Assembly (NCBI GenBank): GCA_964016885.1
Contig: OZ024740.1
Location: 302,188,001 to 302,252,000, forward strand
Length of the DNA: 64,000 nt
DNA from: Eledone cirrhosa
Taxonomy: Eukaryota
Direction: 5' to 3'
The notes under the pieces were generated by a model that was given only the letters and a program-made list of their open reading frames with translations, had not been told where the DNA came from and searched no databases. Positions 41,199 to 52,799 of this stretch are shown here, piece after piece; position 1 is the stretch's first letter; each line of letters starts with the position of its first letter. The position numbers were made by a program, and so were the translations under genes.

Positions 41199-41248
41199 GA
41201 GCTGTACTGATGAAGGGTGATACCCAGAAACATTAGTGTCTGCAGTTC
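41199..41248 (+). ncRNA. type I HHR, intact; predicted cleavage after C41240
   Basis: GAGCTGTA-CTGATGA-A-GGGT-gat-ACCC-A-GAAA-CA-ttag-TG-TC-TGCAGTTC. Confidence 0.85.
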
Positions 41249-41622
41249 TGCTAGTATGCCTACACAAGAGCAAGAATGAAGTGTTCATTCTACTGACATG
41301 GTTATAAGATTGTGGCTTGTTTGCAAAATTGCAAACAAATCGAATGTTATTATTAATATTCGAAAAACTGATTACATTTATTGTATTCAGCCATGTAGAG
41401 CGAAATTTTCTTTTTTATTTGAATTTGGCAAAGCAGGCCATTTATCGCTCGTATACTGGCCAGTCTGCTGATATGCAAATCTGGCTGATCAGTGGATCGG
41501 CTAATATGTAGTTCTGACTGATCAGCCAGTCTGCTAATGTGCAAATCAGGCAGACCAGTCACTGTGTATTTTTGAAAATAGCATATATTTTCACTAGCTC
41601 TGACAGTTGGCATGTGAACAGG

Positions 41623-41673
41623 GAGCTGTACTGATGAAGAGTGATACCCAGAAACATTGGGTGCCTGCAGTTC
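41623..41673 (+). ncRNA. type I HHR, probably inactivated
   Basis: Same motif, but with a stem II mismatch (GAGT/ACCC) and triplet GCC instead of GUC. Confidence 0.7.
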
Positions 41674-41819
41674 TGATCGCATGCCAACATAAGAGCAAGA
41701 ATTAAGTGTTCATTCTACTGACATGGCTATAAAATTGAGGCTTGTTTACAAAATTGCAAAGGAATCGAATGTTATTATCAATATTCGAAAAAACTCAGAT
41801 TACATTATATATATATATA

Positions 41820-42710
41820 TTTCTCCTCTTCTCACTTCACCCCGTTCGCAACGAAGTCATTTTCTTTCTCACTCACATTTGAATTCGCTGCTGAAAGGTC
41901 TATTTTCTAAGCGCTCATATATTCACCTAGCTTATGCTAACAGAATAACTATGAAGCTTGTTCCCTTCCTTCTACGGTTAGCTATCCTCTTTGTTGTTAT
42001 CTCGTCTCACTCGCTTTACGCGTTTTAATTGTCCTAATAACTTAATTTAGTTATTATTGCACCGACGTGAGGTATATGATTTTTAATGCAATGAAATATC
42101 TATGATCGTCGGCAAATCACTGATGAGGGACTTATATTATTTTATTACATGTTATCCATGTGCAACCAGCAGTATTCTTCTCCCCATTTTTTCACGTATA
42201 TTTACCTATACTGCGCTTCTGTTTTTTTTCTCTCTCTCTCTCTCTTACTGCTCCCTCTGTTTCTCCTACTTTCTTTCGCCCCCTCTGTCATGTCCGTTAA
42301 CTCTTCCTCACACTTCCACTCACTCACTCACTGTTTCTCCTATTCTCACTTCACCCCGTTCGCAACGAAGTCATTTTCTTTCTCACTCACATTTGAATTC
42401 GCTGCTGAAAGGTCTATTTTCTAAGCGCTCATATATTCACCTAGCTTATGCTAACAGAATAACTATGAAGCTTGTTCCCTTCCTTCTACGGTTAGCTATC
42501 CTCGTTGTTGTTATCTCGTCTCACTCGCTTTACACGTTTTAATTGTCCTAATAACTTAATTTAGTTATTATTGCACCGACGTGAGGTATATGATTTTTAA
42601 TGCAATGAAATATCTATGATCGTCGGCAAATCACTGATGAGGGACTTATATTATTTTATTACATGTTATCCATGTGCAACCAGCAGTATTCTTCTCCCCA
42701 TTTTTTCACG
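41820..42710. repeat. direct repeats of about 380 bp with 514-bp period (LTR-like), (TA)n-flanked
   Basis: 41820-42200 is nearly identical to 42335-42710, with a unique spacer of about 135 bp. Confidence 0.92.
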
Positions 42711-42747
42711 TATATATATATATATATATATATATATGCAGAGAGAT

Positions 42748-42835
<88 letters not shown>

Positions 42836-43086
42836 TGAAATAGATATATAGATAGATAGGTACAGATATATATTCCTTGAGAAAGATACGTTACTCCCCG
42901 TTACTACAGCAACATCAACTAGAAAGAACGTGAGTTGCGACGGCACTGGTGACAAGCTGTAACATCCACAAAGGTAACGTTAAAACCACACCACCCAGGC
43001 TTGTAAATCGGAAGGAGAATATTCGAGGTGCAACATTCAAATATACACACATGTTTACACACACACACACATATATATATATATAT

Positions 43087-43744
43087 GTTGCAACGTTATT
43101 TGAAATATCCAGTTCTGCGTTTACAGATTGACTTTGTTAGTTTCAGAAGATCCCGTTAAGGGTGAAAGCAGCGATTCTTTGCTTAAACTTTAATCTGTTA
43201 TTTAATAAATATTTGCTCTACGGTTCTTATATATTTGATATATATTTATCCTTATCGAGCCCTCTTTTGATTGTAGTCTTCAATTTTGTTATTATTACTA
43301 TTTGGCTCCCCCGGTTGAGCACTCTATTGACTTATATTCATCATGCAGAAACAACATCTGAATATTTCTACAAAGAACATACCCGTACCAAACAGGAAAA
43401 CATACCTAAAACTCCTGATACAGAAAACAGACACGTTCATTAAAAGGTTGCGTTGGCGTGCCTTTTATTTCGATAATCCGCGAAAAGCAGACAACAAACA
43501 GGATAAATTTGGATTTAAAACCTATAATAACCCCCCCCCCCCCCCGTGGAACCCAGCATTGCTCCGTTCTTTGCCAGCGAACGTTTCCACGAACCAAAGT
43601 ATCGTCTTCCTGTCTTCCTCCAGTTGCAACGTTTTTTGAAATATCCAGTTCTGCGTTTACAGATTGACTTTGTTAGTTTCAGAAGATCCCGTTAAGGGTG
43701 AAAGCAGCGATTCTTTGCTTAAACTTTAATCTGTTATTTAATAA

Positions 43745-43748
<4 letters not shown>
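43087..43748 (+). mobile_element. internally deleted mini-PLE: two about 125-bp direct terminal repeats around the 5' end of a PLE ORF
   Basis: 43087-43212 matches 43623-43748 almost exactly. ORF 43343 reads STKNIPVPNRKTYLKLLIQKTDTFIKRLRWRAFYF...FGFKT, the typical PLE N-terminus. Confidence 0.88.
43139..43189 (+). ncRNA. type I HHR fold, U4A core variant (identical copy 43675-43725)
   Basis: AGTTT-CAGAAGA-T-CCC-gttaa-GGG-T-GAAA-GCA-gcgattctt-TGC-TT-AAACT; stem I is extended by ACAGATTGA/TTAATCTGT. Confidence 0.72.
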
Positions 43749-43808
<60 letters not shown>

Positions 43809-44161
43809 ATGTATATATATATATATCTGAGCGTGTATATATATATATATATATATATGTACGGACGTATGCATGTAAAGTTCGTTTATCGAATAATCTA
43901 CGATATCTTTACAAATAAGGGGTGTGTAACCTTGATAACAACCATACAGCCAGAAACAGCTGTCATTTCCTTCCCCCTTGCTTCTGCTAGAGAGGGGTAG
44001 ATGGTGGTAGCCATCAACTTTAAAATTCATAGCTAAAGGCTTTCAAAGTATATTATTCGATATACAAACATTTCACACATATATGTATACAGGTATGTTG
44101 TAGTAAACAGCTTTATTCTCACCCCCCCCCCCCCCTCTCTCTCTCTCGATATATATATATG

Positions 44162-44193
<32 letters not shown>

Positions 44194-44259
44194 CACACAT
44201 ATGTGTGTATGTGTGTGGATGTATATGCATTGTATACGTATATACTAGTGTACCAAAAC

Positions 44260-44740
44260 ACATAAATGTTATTATAGAAAGAATTAAATGAAATGTAACC
44301 ATGGTTTTGACATGACAGATGTTCATCCGTATTTAATCTTTCTCCGAGAAACCTTGATGAATTCTCCGTTTAACAAGATGTGAGATGTCGTGAAAAATCA
44401 TGAAATCACCCTCCAGAAGTAACACGTTACTATGTTATTTGAATTCGAAATTTATGAAAATTGCTTTCTATCGCGTATAGAAGAATTTTTATAGATTCAT
44501 GAAGCTGTTTCTTTTATGCTTTTTTTCTATATCGTCAAATGGTGCTACTCTTTTGGAATACGCTTGTTTTTCTTTTTCTTGTATTTTATGAAACTAAATC
44601 GTTAGACTCTATATTATTTTATTCTATTCGGCAATAAGATGTTTTCATACTATTTGTATTTTTATAGTGTTTGAATCTATTTCTGCTTTGATGTACTTAT
44701 TATCAATGGTATTTAATTTCCTACATCAGAATTTTCTATA
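44260..44740 (-). mobile_element. decayed PLE-like 3' end with HHR remnant at 44291-44334
   Basis: Minus: AAATA-CGGATGA-ACAT-ctgtc-ATGT-C-AAAA-CCATGG-TTA-CATTT. Confidence 0.45.
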
Positions 44741-44762
44741 TATTCTTCAGTAAGAATATATG

Positions 44763-44909
<147 letters not shown>

Positions 44910-44926
44910 TTATATATATATATACA

Positions 44927-44988
<62 letters not shown>

Positions 44989-45430
44989 TTCATTCATTAT
45001 TGGTATAGAGCGCTTTGATAGTAGTAAAAATCAGTAAAATCATTTTAATTCTAAAGCTATATTGAATATTTAGCTATATTACTTTTTTCTTTTACCAATT
45101 TCAATTCATCTATCAGGAAAAAAATAATAAATGTATAGAATGAAAATGAAATTAAATATCCGAATTATTCATAAAGAATTTTATTCTTGATAGTCTTAGA
45201 TATCTAACCAATATAACGTAAACAGTAACTGGAACAAATAAGATGTACAAAATTCATTTGTCCACTTACACAGTATAAATAGATATAGTGAAGATTTCGA
45301 TGACTTTTACCAGAAACTGCTTTTGATATCAGTCAATAGAGAGGTGTATTATTTATTTATTATCAACGATATTGATGCCTATTTTACTGTTGTTGTTTTG
45401 CTATGTTATTATTTTGATGTTGTGTTACTA

Positions 45431-45463
<33 letters not shown>

Positions 45464-45464
<1 letters not shown>

Positions 45465-48400
45465 GAGTCTGAACGGGCGTCTTTTTGCTCGCTCTCGTAA
45501 GTTACCTGTCAAAACTTATTTATTGAATTTTTTGTTGTTGTGTAAGGCATACAAAGCCCTTGGACTTTGCCCTGTGAAGTGGAAGGAATAATATTTGGGC
45601 CTTTTGGCCCAAATATTTGAACACTTTTACATTTTAAAAAATTATCGAAAAAAAAAAGAAAACATGACTGAGCCACGCCCCCAGCGATATGTATGCTGTC
45701 GTGTGATACAACAAACACCACCACAATCAACGTGAACAAAAACAGCAATGATATCAACACTGAGAACTCTAAATTTGAAAAAAATGACAGTAACAGGGAC
45801 AATGAAAATACAGATAACAGACAAAATGACAAATGCAACAGCAATATCAACACCACTAACATGAAAACAAATATCGACAACACCAACAGCAACAATACCT
45901 ACTGCACCGAGAACAAAGGCGGCACCAAAGACAACAATGATAACAGCAACAGTGATAACAACAACACCACCAAGAACAACGACAACAACAACAACACCCC
46001 CAACGAATACAAGAAGAACACTTTCGCTGCGGCAGCAGCCAAAAAGAGGCTATGCTTCAACATGGACCTCTCAAACGAAGATGAAAAGTTGTCCCTGGCC
46101 TGGAAGATCATCAAGCAAGAGCAAACATGGGCCAACTTAACTGTCCCGGTAGAAGCTATTGAGGCAGTGGAGCGCAGAACGGTGCAATATAGATGCATCT
46201 CAGCACAAACCAAAAGGGCAGCTTTAATTCCACAAACAGATGTCGAAGTCGCGCTGAGGTGCATCAGAGATGACACCGAATACATAGCGAGGAACAGACA
46301 GTACGGCACCATTTCAGTGCTGTTCAAGTCAGAAGCCCTCGCTATGAAACACGCTATGACTCCTTGCAAAACCAGCAAGGTCATAATGTACCCCTCCCAC
46401 ATGGGAAAAAGAACGGCCCGTCTCCGCATTCACAGAATCCCACCAGAACAAGACATGCGGTGGCTTCTGGGATGTGTAATTGTGGAGGGACGGATACCTT
46501 CCCGATAGAAGTGTCAAGAACGGCCAGAGAGGACTGGTCCGGGGTTGATCTGGAGATACTTCTCCAGATCAGGCCGGAGAATGTGAAGACAATCCCGGAC
46601 CACATCCGCCTTCAGAATGGGACGGTCATTCATATTATGAGCTAGGGCAAAAGGTCTCATTGTTTTGTTTGTGGGTAATAAACACATATGCGAGCCTTCT
46701 GCCCTCAACTGCTGAAAGATGCAAGGGGTCGAAGGGCTCCACTGCTGCCGACGCCGGGGCGAGGACCATGACCAGAACCAGCACCAGCAAAACTACCAAC
46801 AACAACACCAATAGAAAGACCACCACCAACATTGACCACCCAGGGGGAAGACGAGGAAAGTTGTCAAATTCCCCCTCCCCCCAAAAATACACACATCAAT
46901 AAAAACCTAAACACACAGACAGACACACTTACAGACACAGACGCCTCATCTACCAGTAGTGAAGATGAGGGAAAACCAAAATCCCCCAAAATACAATAAT
47001 GGAAACACAAAAAGAAAAAAAACTCAACAAATCACAAAATCACCCACAATAAAAAATACAGACACCACCTACGCAAACATCTCTCCAATAACACCAACAT
47101 CAACACCACAATCACCATCACCAGAATCCCCCAAACGCAAACAACCTAAACAGACGCAAGAACAAATACACACACAAACATCTGAAACCACAGCACCGCA
47201 CTCACAACAAACACAGACACAACCGAAACGGCACCATCAAAACCATCACCACCACAGCAACGCAAACAAATAAAATCACACCAACAAAACATACAATACT
47301 TCGTGCTCGTCAGAAGGGCCAACAAGGAATTGATGGCCCTCGTAGCACGAAGTGAAAATATACAAAAAGACGGGGACATTTTTAAATCGAGCACACTTTG
47401 CGTGCCGGAAGATTTGTTTCTGGTGCGAATGTCGCTCGATTTATTCAAAGAGATACGAGACAGCTTTCCTCGGGACGTGGGAACCCCGAACGTAAAACCC
47501 ACTTCAAGACTTTTAAAGGGGTTCCCAAAAGAAACCCCGCCAACTATGGAGGTCGAACCACGCGACCTTCACAAGAGCCCGGAAGGTAAGTAAACCTTTC
47601 CTCTCTCTCTGTCCCTAGAAATGGATCTAATTGCCGTCATTTTCGACGACTATCAGATCTTTGCATCTGTTAGTCGGCCGGGAATGGGAGTTGGGGTGGC
47701 AGTGTTGTTTAGGAAAGGCCTGGATCTCGAGGTAAGGTCAATCTTCCGGAACCCGGACGGGAAGCTGGTGGTCCTGGACGTGAACAATAACGAAGGTGGT
47801 GCCTTTAGACTGGTGGCCGTCTACGCCCCTACAGGGTCAGGGCGGCTGGACTTCTTTAGACGCCTGGAACCCTTTCTGGCTACGTCTCGCCCTTTACTGT
47901 TAGCGGGGGACTGGAACGGCATCTTTGACGCACGCTGGGACTGTGTGGCAGTATCAGATAGGAGCCTGGGGGGCAAAAGCCTCAAGAATCTGATCAGCCA
48001 GTTTCAACTGTCTGACAGGTACCGACTAGATTTCCTTAATGCGCCAGTGTGGGCCTGGACTAACCGCATAGGGTCATATAGATCGTATATAGACATGATA
48101 TTCATTAGGAAAATAGACAGAAATAGTGTAAGCTGTCCACGTTTTAAAACGGTCGCCTATTCAGTTCACAAATGTGTGATCTGTATGATCAACCTAGATA
48201 AGACACGTAGATTAGGACCTGGTTACTCGAAGCTGAACATGTCATTGCCGGCAAGTAAGGCTTACAGGGAACAGGTCAACAATTTAGTTAAGAAAAAGTT
48301 GACAGAGGGAGTCGTCAACAATAGATGGTGTGGGGCTCTCAAAAGAGAGATTAGGGTAATGTCGATAGAGTTTAGCAAAGAAGTAGCGTTAGAGAAAAAT

Positions 48401-51143
48401 AGAAAGGAGGGTGAGTTGGTAGATAAGTTAGACGAGGTTATTTGTAGTAGCATTGCAACTAACGTGCTAGCGGCGAGAATGGCATTAGACGATTTCTTCA
48501 ATGCGAAACACGAAGGTTGCTAAGGCGCGTGCTCTGAGAAACGAGGAAACCAAAGCTGTTCAATGGGCCGCGTGGCAGAGGCGCAGCTTGGTAATAAAAC
48601 CACGATTCGGTCTTTGACGGACCGAGATGGACACGAGCTGAGCGATTCCAAGCGGATCTGTGAGGCCTTTCGCCAACATTTTGCTAGGTTGTTCGGGGGA
48701 GGTTAGGTTCAGAGGCGGTGGCGAACTTCAGTATCTACCTCGATGGCTTGCCGCAACTCTCGACGGCCGACGGTGAGCGCTGTGAAAGGCCGATTACTTC
48801 AGCCGAGATTCAGAATGCCCCTGTTAGCTGCATGAGGCGCAAGTCACCCGGTTTTGATGGTCTGCCCTACGAGCTTTACGTAAATATGCCAGAATTGTTC
48901 TCTAATCTCCTCGAAGTGCTCTACTGCAACTGGCAACAGAACGGGAGCATTCCCAGTTCTGTGATCCGGGGCGTAGTGACGCTGATGAGGAAACACGAGA
49001 ACAAGAGGGACACATTAGACAATTTCAGGCCCATAACTCTGTTCAACACAGAGTTTAAGATTTTGGCCAGGGTGTTAGCGAAGAGGTTGGTGCTTGTCTT
49101 CGGGGATTTGGTTGGGGAGGCGCAAACTTGCTCCATCCCAACCAGGTCCATATACAACAACCTCCACCTGATGCGATACATCATAGAGAAGGTAGGGTGT
49201 AAATCTGGCTTCGGTGGGGCTCTGATCAATTTAGATCAATCGAAAGCATTCGATAGGGTCGAACATCGGTACCTGGAAGCTGTCCTCAAGGCGGCTGACT
49301 TCGGCGCCGTCTTCAGAAGATGGATAGCTGCAATGCACAGCGGCACCTGCTCGGTGGTCAACATGAATGGCCACCTCTCGGAACCATTTCAAGTCTCCCG
49401 ATCGGTCCGTCAAGGTTGCTCTCTCTCCTCCCTTCTGTACGTATTGACTCTCGAGACTTCACTGCGGAAACTGGAGCTGTGGCAGGGCATCCCACTCGAA
49501 CCGGGACGCGGAAAAGCTGTGTCGGCTTATACGGAAGACATTACCGTGATGGTGTCGGACACCTCAGAAATCTAGGTGGTCGGCAACTTATTGGAGGAAT
49601 ATGAAAGGTTGACGAGAGCAAAACTTTACCCGGAAAAGTCGGTGGGCTTGCAACTCGGCTCCTGGAGAGGCACGTCCATGCTGTCCAATAACGTCGTTAG
49701 GCGCTGGACGGGCGGACCCGTAAAGCTGCTCAAGGTTTGGTTCGGGCCAGACCTTCAGATGGATAAGAATTAGGACGAGGTGACGGGAAGGGTAGCCATT
49801 CTCACCCAGAAATGGGCTGCTAGAAAGCTATCACTGAAAGGTCGAGCGGAGGTGGCGAACGCGTACATCGCGTCCGTCATCTACTACCGTCTGACCGTCG
49901 TCTCTTGCCTCCGTTCGCGCCTCGCCATCTTGGAGCGGCTCCTCTTCAAATTCTTGTGGAGGGGTCAGGTTCCGCTGGTGAGGCGGTCCATCTGCTGCCA
50001 GCACCCTCTACGTGGAGGGCTCGGCATACCGTGGCTAATGACGCGCAAACTCGCGCTGAGGCTGTGGTATCTCCAGATATTCGGCCTAAATAGGTGAACA
50101 GGTGTAGCGCCGTTTGTCAGACGGGCCTTTCCGCAGCGCGTTTCTTTGACTGTGCTGCAGTCCTCGGTCAAGAAGAGATCGAGACTGGGTGACTGGCACC
50201 TGGAATGTTGCCAGGCACTCACTGCCCTCTACCAGGCGGGTAATGCGGTCAGTGGAACTTCCACTCCTGAGTTCTATAGAAGATTAGTGGTGGGCAAGTG
50301 CAACGACGCACTCGGAGAGGCTCTGGGAGTCGACGAAGTCGAACTAACCAGTCTGTACGGGGGATCTTCGAGCCGGGGACGATGGATAATTTCCAAAAAT
50401 CCCTCGCTTGGCAGTGCTACTGGGGGGCACTGCCGGTTCAAGATAAACTCTACAAGCACGGAAGTGCTGTCAGACGGACCTGCCCGAGATGTGCGCAGAG
50501 CGACGAAACCGTTCTGCACGCACTCGTCCAGTGTCCGTGCATTACTGACTTGTGGAGTTATGTCGAACAATTGTTGTCGCGTGTAGAACGGATCCGGCTA
50601 TCGGCCGAGTCCATAGTGAAGATCGACCCGCCGCCTTCTTTTGGCCAGGAAGGGCAGGAAATTGTTTCACTGTCTGGTGGAAGTAGCGAAAGAGGTTATA
50701 TGGTGGACGAGGTTGAAAGGGCTGAAGACAGACACTTTTCTCTTCTGCCAATCCCTCATCAACTTTTTCAAGTTTCACTTGGACAGGAATGTGAGGGTGG
50801 AGAGAGAAGTACTGCCCCCCAGTACATTTCCTGATAGGGGGGTGAATGTGGCGAGAATGGCGCGTGTGAGTTGGCCTACTCTGGTCATGCGCCTGTGGGT
50901 TGGTAAATTTGAGGAGGAGAGGGGTGCCCTTCCAGGGTGTTCTCGAAGCGTCGGGTCGTTCAGGGTTGGTGGGGTACCTGAGCGAACGCTGGAGGTCATT
51001 CCCCCCATTTTTCTTGTTGTATTTTTATTGGTACTTCGTTATTGTTATTCATATTGTTTACTCGATTTTTCTGTAAAACCCCACTGTCCCAGTCCTTTGT
51101 ATTGTCCTCTATATGTCGGCCCTTGTGGCCAATAAATGAAATC
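45464..51143 (+). mobile_element. near-full-length disrupted Tx1/L1-clade LINE, copy 2 (diverged subfamily)
   Basis: Asn/Thr-rich ORF1 (45693-47593); ORF2 (47621-50900) with LVAVYAP, GDWN, KSPGFDGLPYE, NFRPITLFNT, LDQSKAFDRVEH, SVRQGC and CPRC..ETVLHAL..C; AATAAA; long (ATT)n at the 5' flank and short ATTATTAT at the 3' flank. Confidence 0.93.
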
Positions 51144-51157
51144 ATTATTATCTTAGA

Positions 51158-51206
<49 letters not shown>

Positions 51207-51207
51207 A

Positions 51208-51256
<49 letters not shown>

Positions 51257-51290
51257 TGGGGGAAAGAGAGTTCAGGATTTTACCGACAGT

Positions 51291-51357
<67 letters not shown>

Positions 51358-51699
51358 ATGATGGTGGTGATAAGAATAAGAACTAAATCTGATTTTCTAT
51401 ATTGTACCTCTACATTTCAACAAACTGGTTGGAAGACGGCACCCCTGATTTTCCTCTTCACGTCAAACTTAATAAGTTAATCAGGCCTTCATCGCAGAGA
51501 AGTAATCGCTTACATCACTTTCAGTCTAGTGCACAGTACAACTTCTTTGGCCATGGTTAGCAGGCAAATAAAAACTGCCTGCCCTTCTCGGCTTAAAGAA
51601 TGCCGTAGAATGATATTCACGATGGTCTAAGCTGATAGCCGGATCCGTTCTACATGTGACTGAAGCTGTTCGATATATACCCATAAGTCAGCAACGCTC

Positions 51700-52720
51700 T
51701 AAATATGTGCATGATTTTTTTTATTGATATGAGCTCATCTAGAATAGGCTCGGGTAACGGCATTTCCATACCGTAAATACCACCCCAGGAGTTTCTGGAA
51801 GTGGTCCATGGACCCCGGCCGTTATATCACATCGCTTTTACCCGTTACTAATCTCTTATAGAACGTAACGTTTGAATTTTCACAAATCGTAATGCCCGAT
51901 TCAGCGATGGCTATGAGCAATTAAAGACATTCGAGTTTTCAATCTAGTCATCACGGTCTTGGCCTGACACAGGACTGCAGCTCTGTCAAGAAGATGAACT
52001 GGAGAAATATGTGTCTAGAAAACGCCGAAAAACACCCGATCTTTGTCAAGGTAAAGGTAGAGAATCCGTTGTATCATCGCATGTTTTCTAATTATCACCC
52101 ACGGCATGACCAGTCCTCCATGCAATGAGTGTTGGCAGAAAATGCACCGCCAGATATGTGAAGCGAACCCCTTCCACAAAAACAAGAAAGAGCAAATGTA
52201 TCAGTGAGATCGGATGAGGACCCGGATAAGCCATGGTGATCAGATGGTAAGGTAGTTGTTTACGGAGCAATGTACGCGTTTGACATCTCTGTCTGACCTT
52301 TCAGCGATAGCTTTCTCTCCACTCTTTATTGTCCATCTTGCGGTGTGGATCAAACCAGACTTCTAGCAATTTAACAGGTCTGACCTTCTAGCACTCGACG
52401 GCGCTCTTGCACAGTATGTACCTGCTCCATTCCCTGCTTAAATGTTGTTCCTGCTACCTATTGCAGTTCACTAAAATCTGTACCAACCACCTCAAATGTA
52501 TTAGTTGTACGATACCCCTAGAGTGAATTCGTTGTTATATGCTGACGCGAAAGTGGAGAACCCACTGGCCTCCATATACGCGCAGGATGCCCCTCAATGT
52601 ATCCAACCCGTGCACTAGTGGTCAGTATATAAAACTGGGATGAATGAGGGCAAACATGGCTGATAGAGCGCTTGGTGTTGCACATTTCGATTAGGTGATC
52701 TTTCAATCTGACCAGAGAAC
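51700..52720 (-). mobile_element. very decayed Tx1-family relic
   Basis: Minus strand near 52340-52400 encodes PVKLLEVWFDPH, matching GPVKLLKVWFGPDL of copy 2. Confidence 0.6.
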
Positions 52721-52799
52721 ATAAAAATAATAACAATATAGCGATACCGAAAATATCGTTTTACATTACTAACAATAGTGCTGCTTAATATACTTAATG

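Larger units (their letters stand above)
40741..41810 (+). mobile_element. retrozyme-like array: inverted partial unit (40741-41023) plus two tandem about 425-bp units
   Basis: Units start TGGCCAGTCTGCTGATATG at about 41031 and 41457; each unit has an HHR; flanked by (TA)n. Confidence 0.85.
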
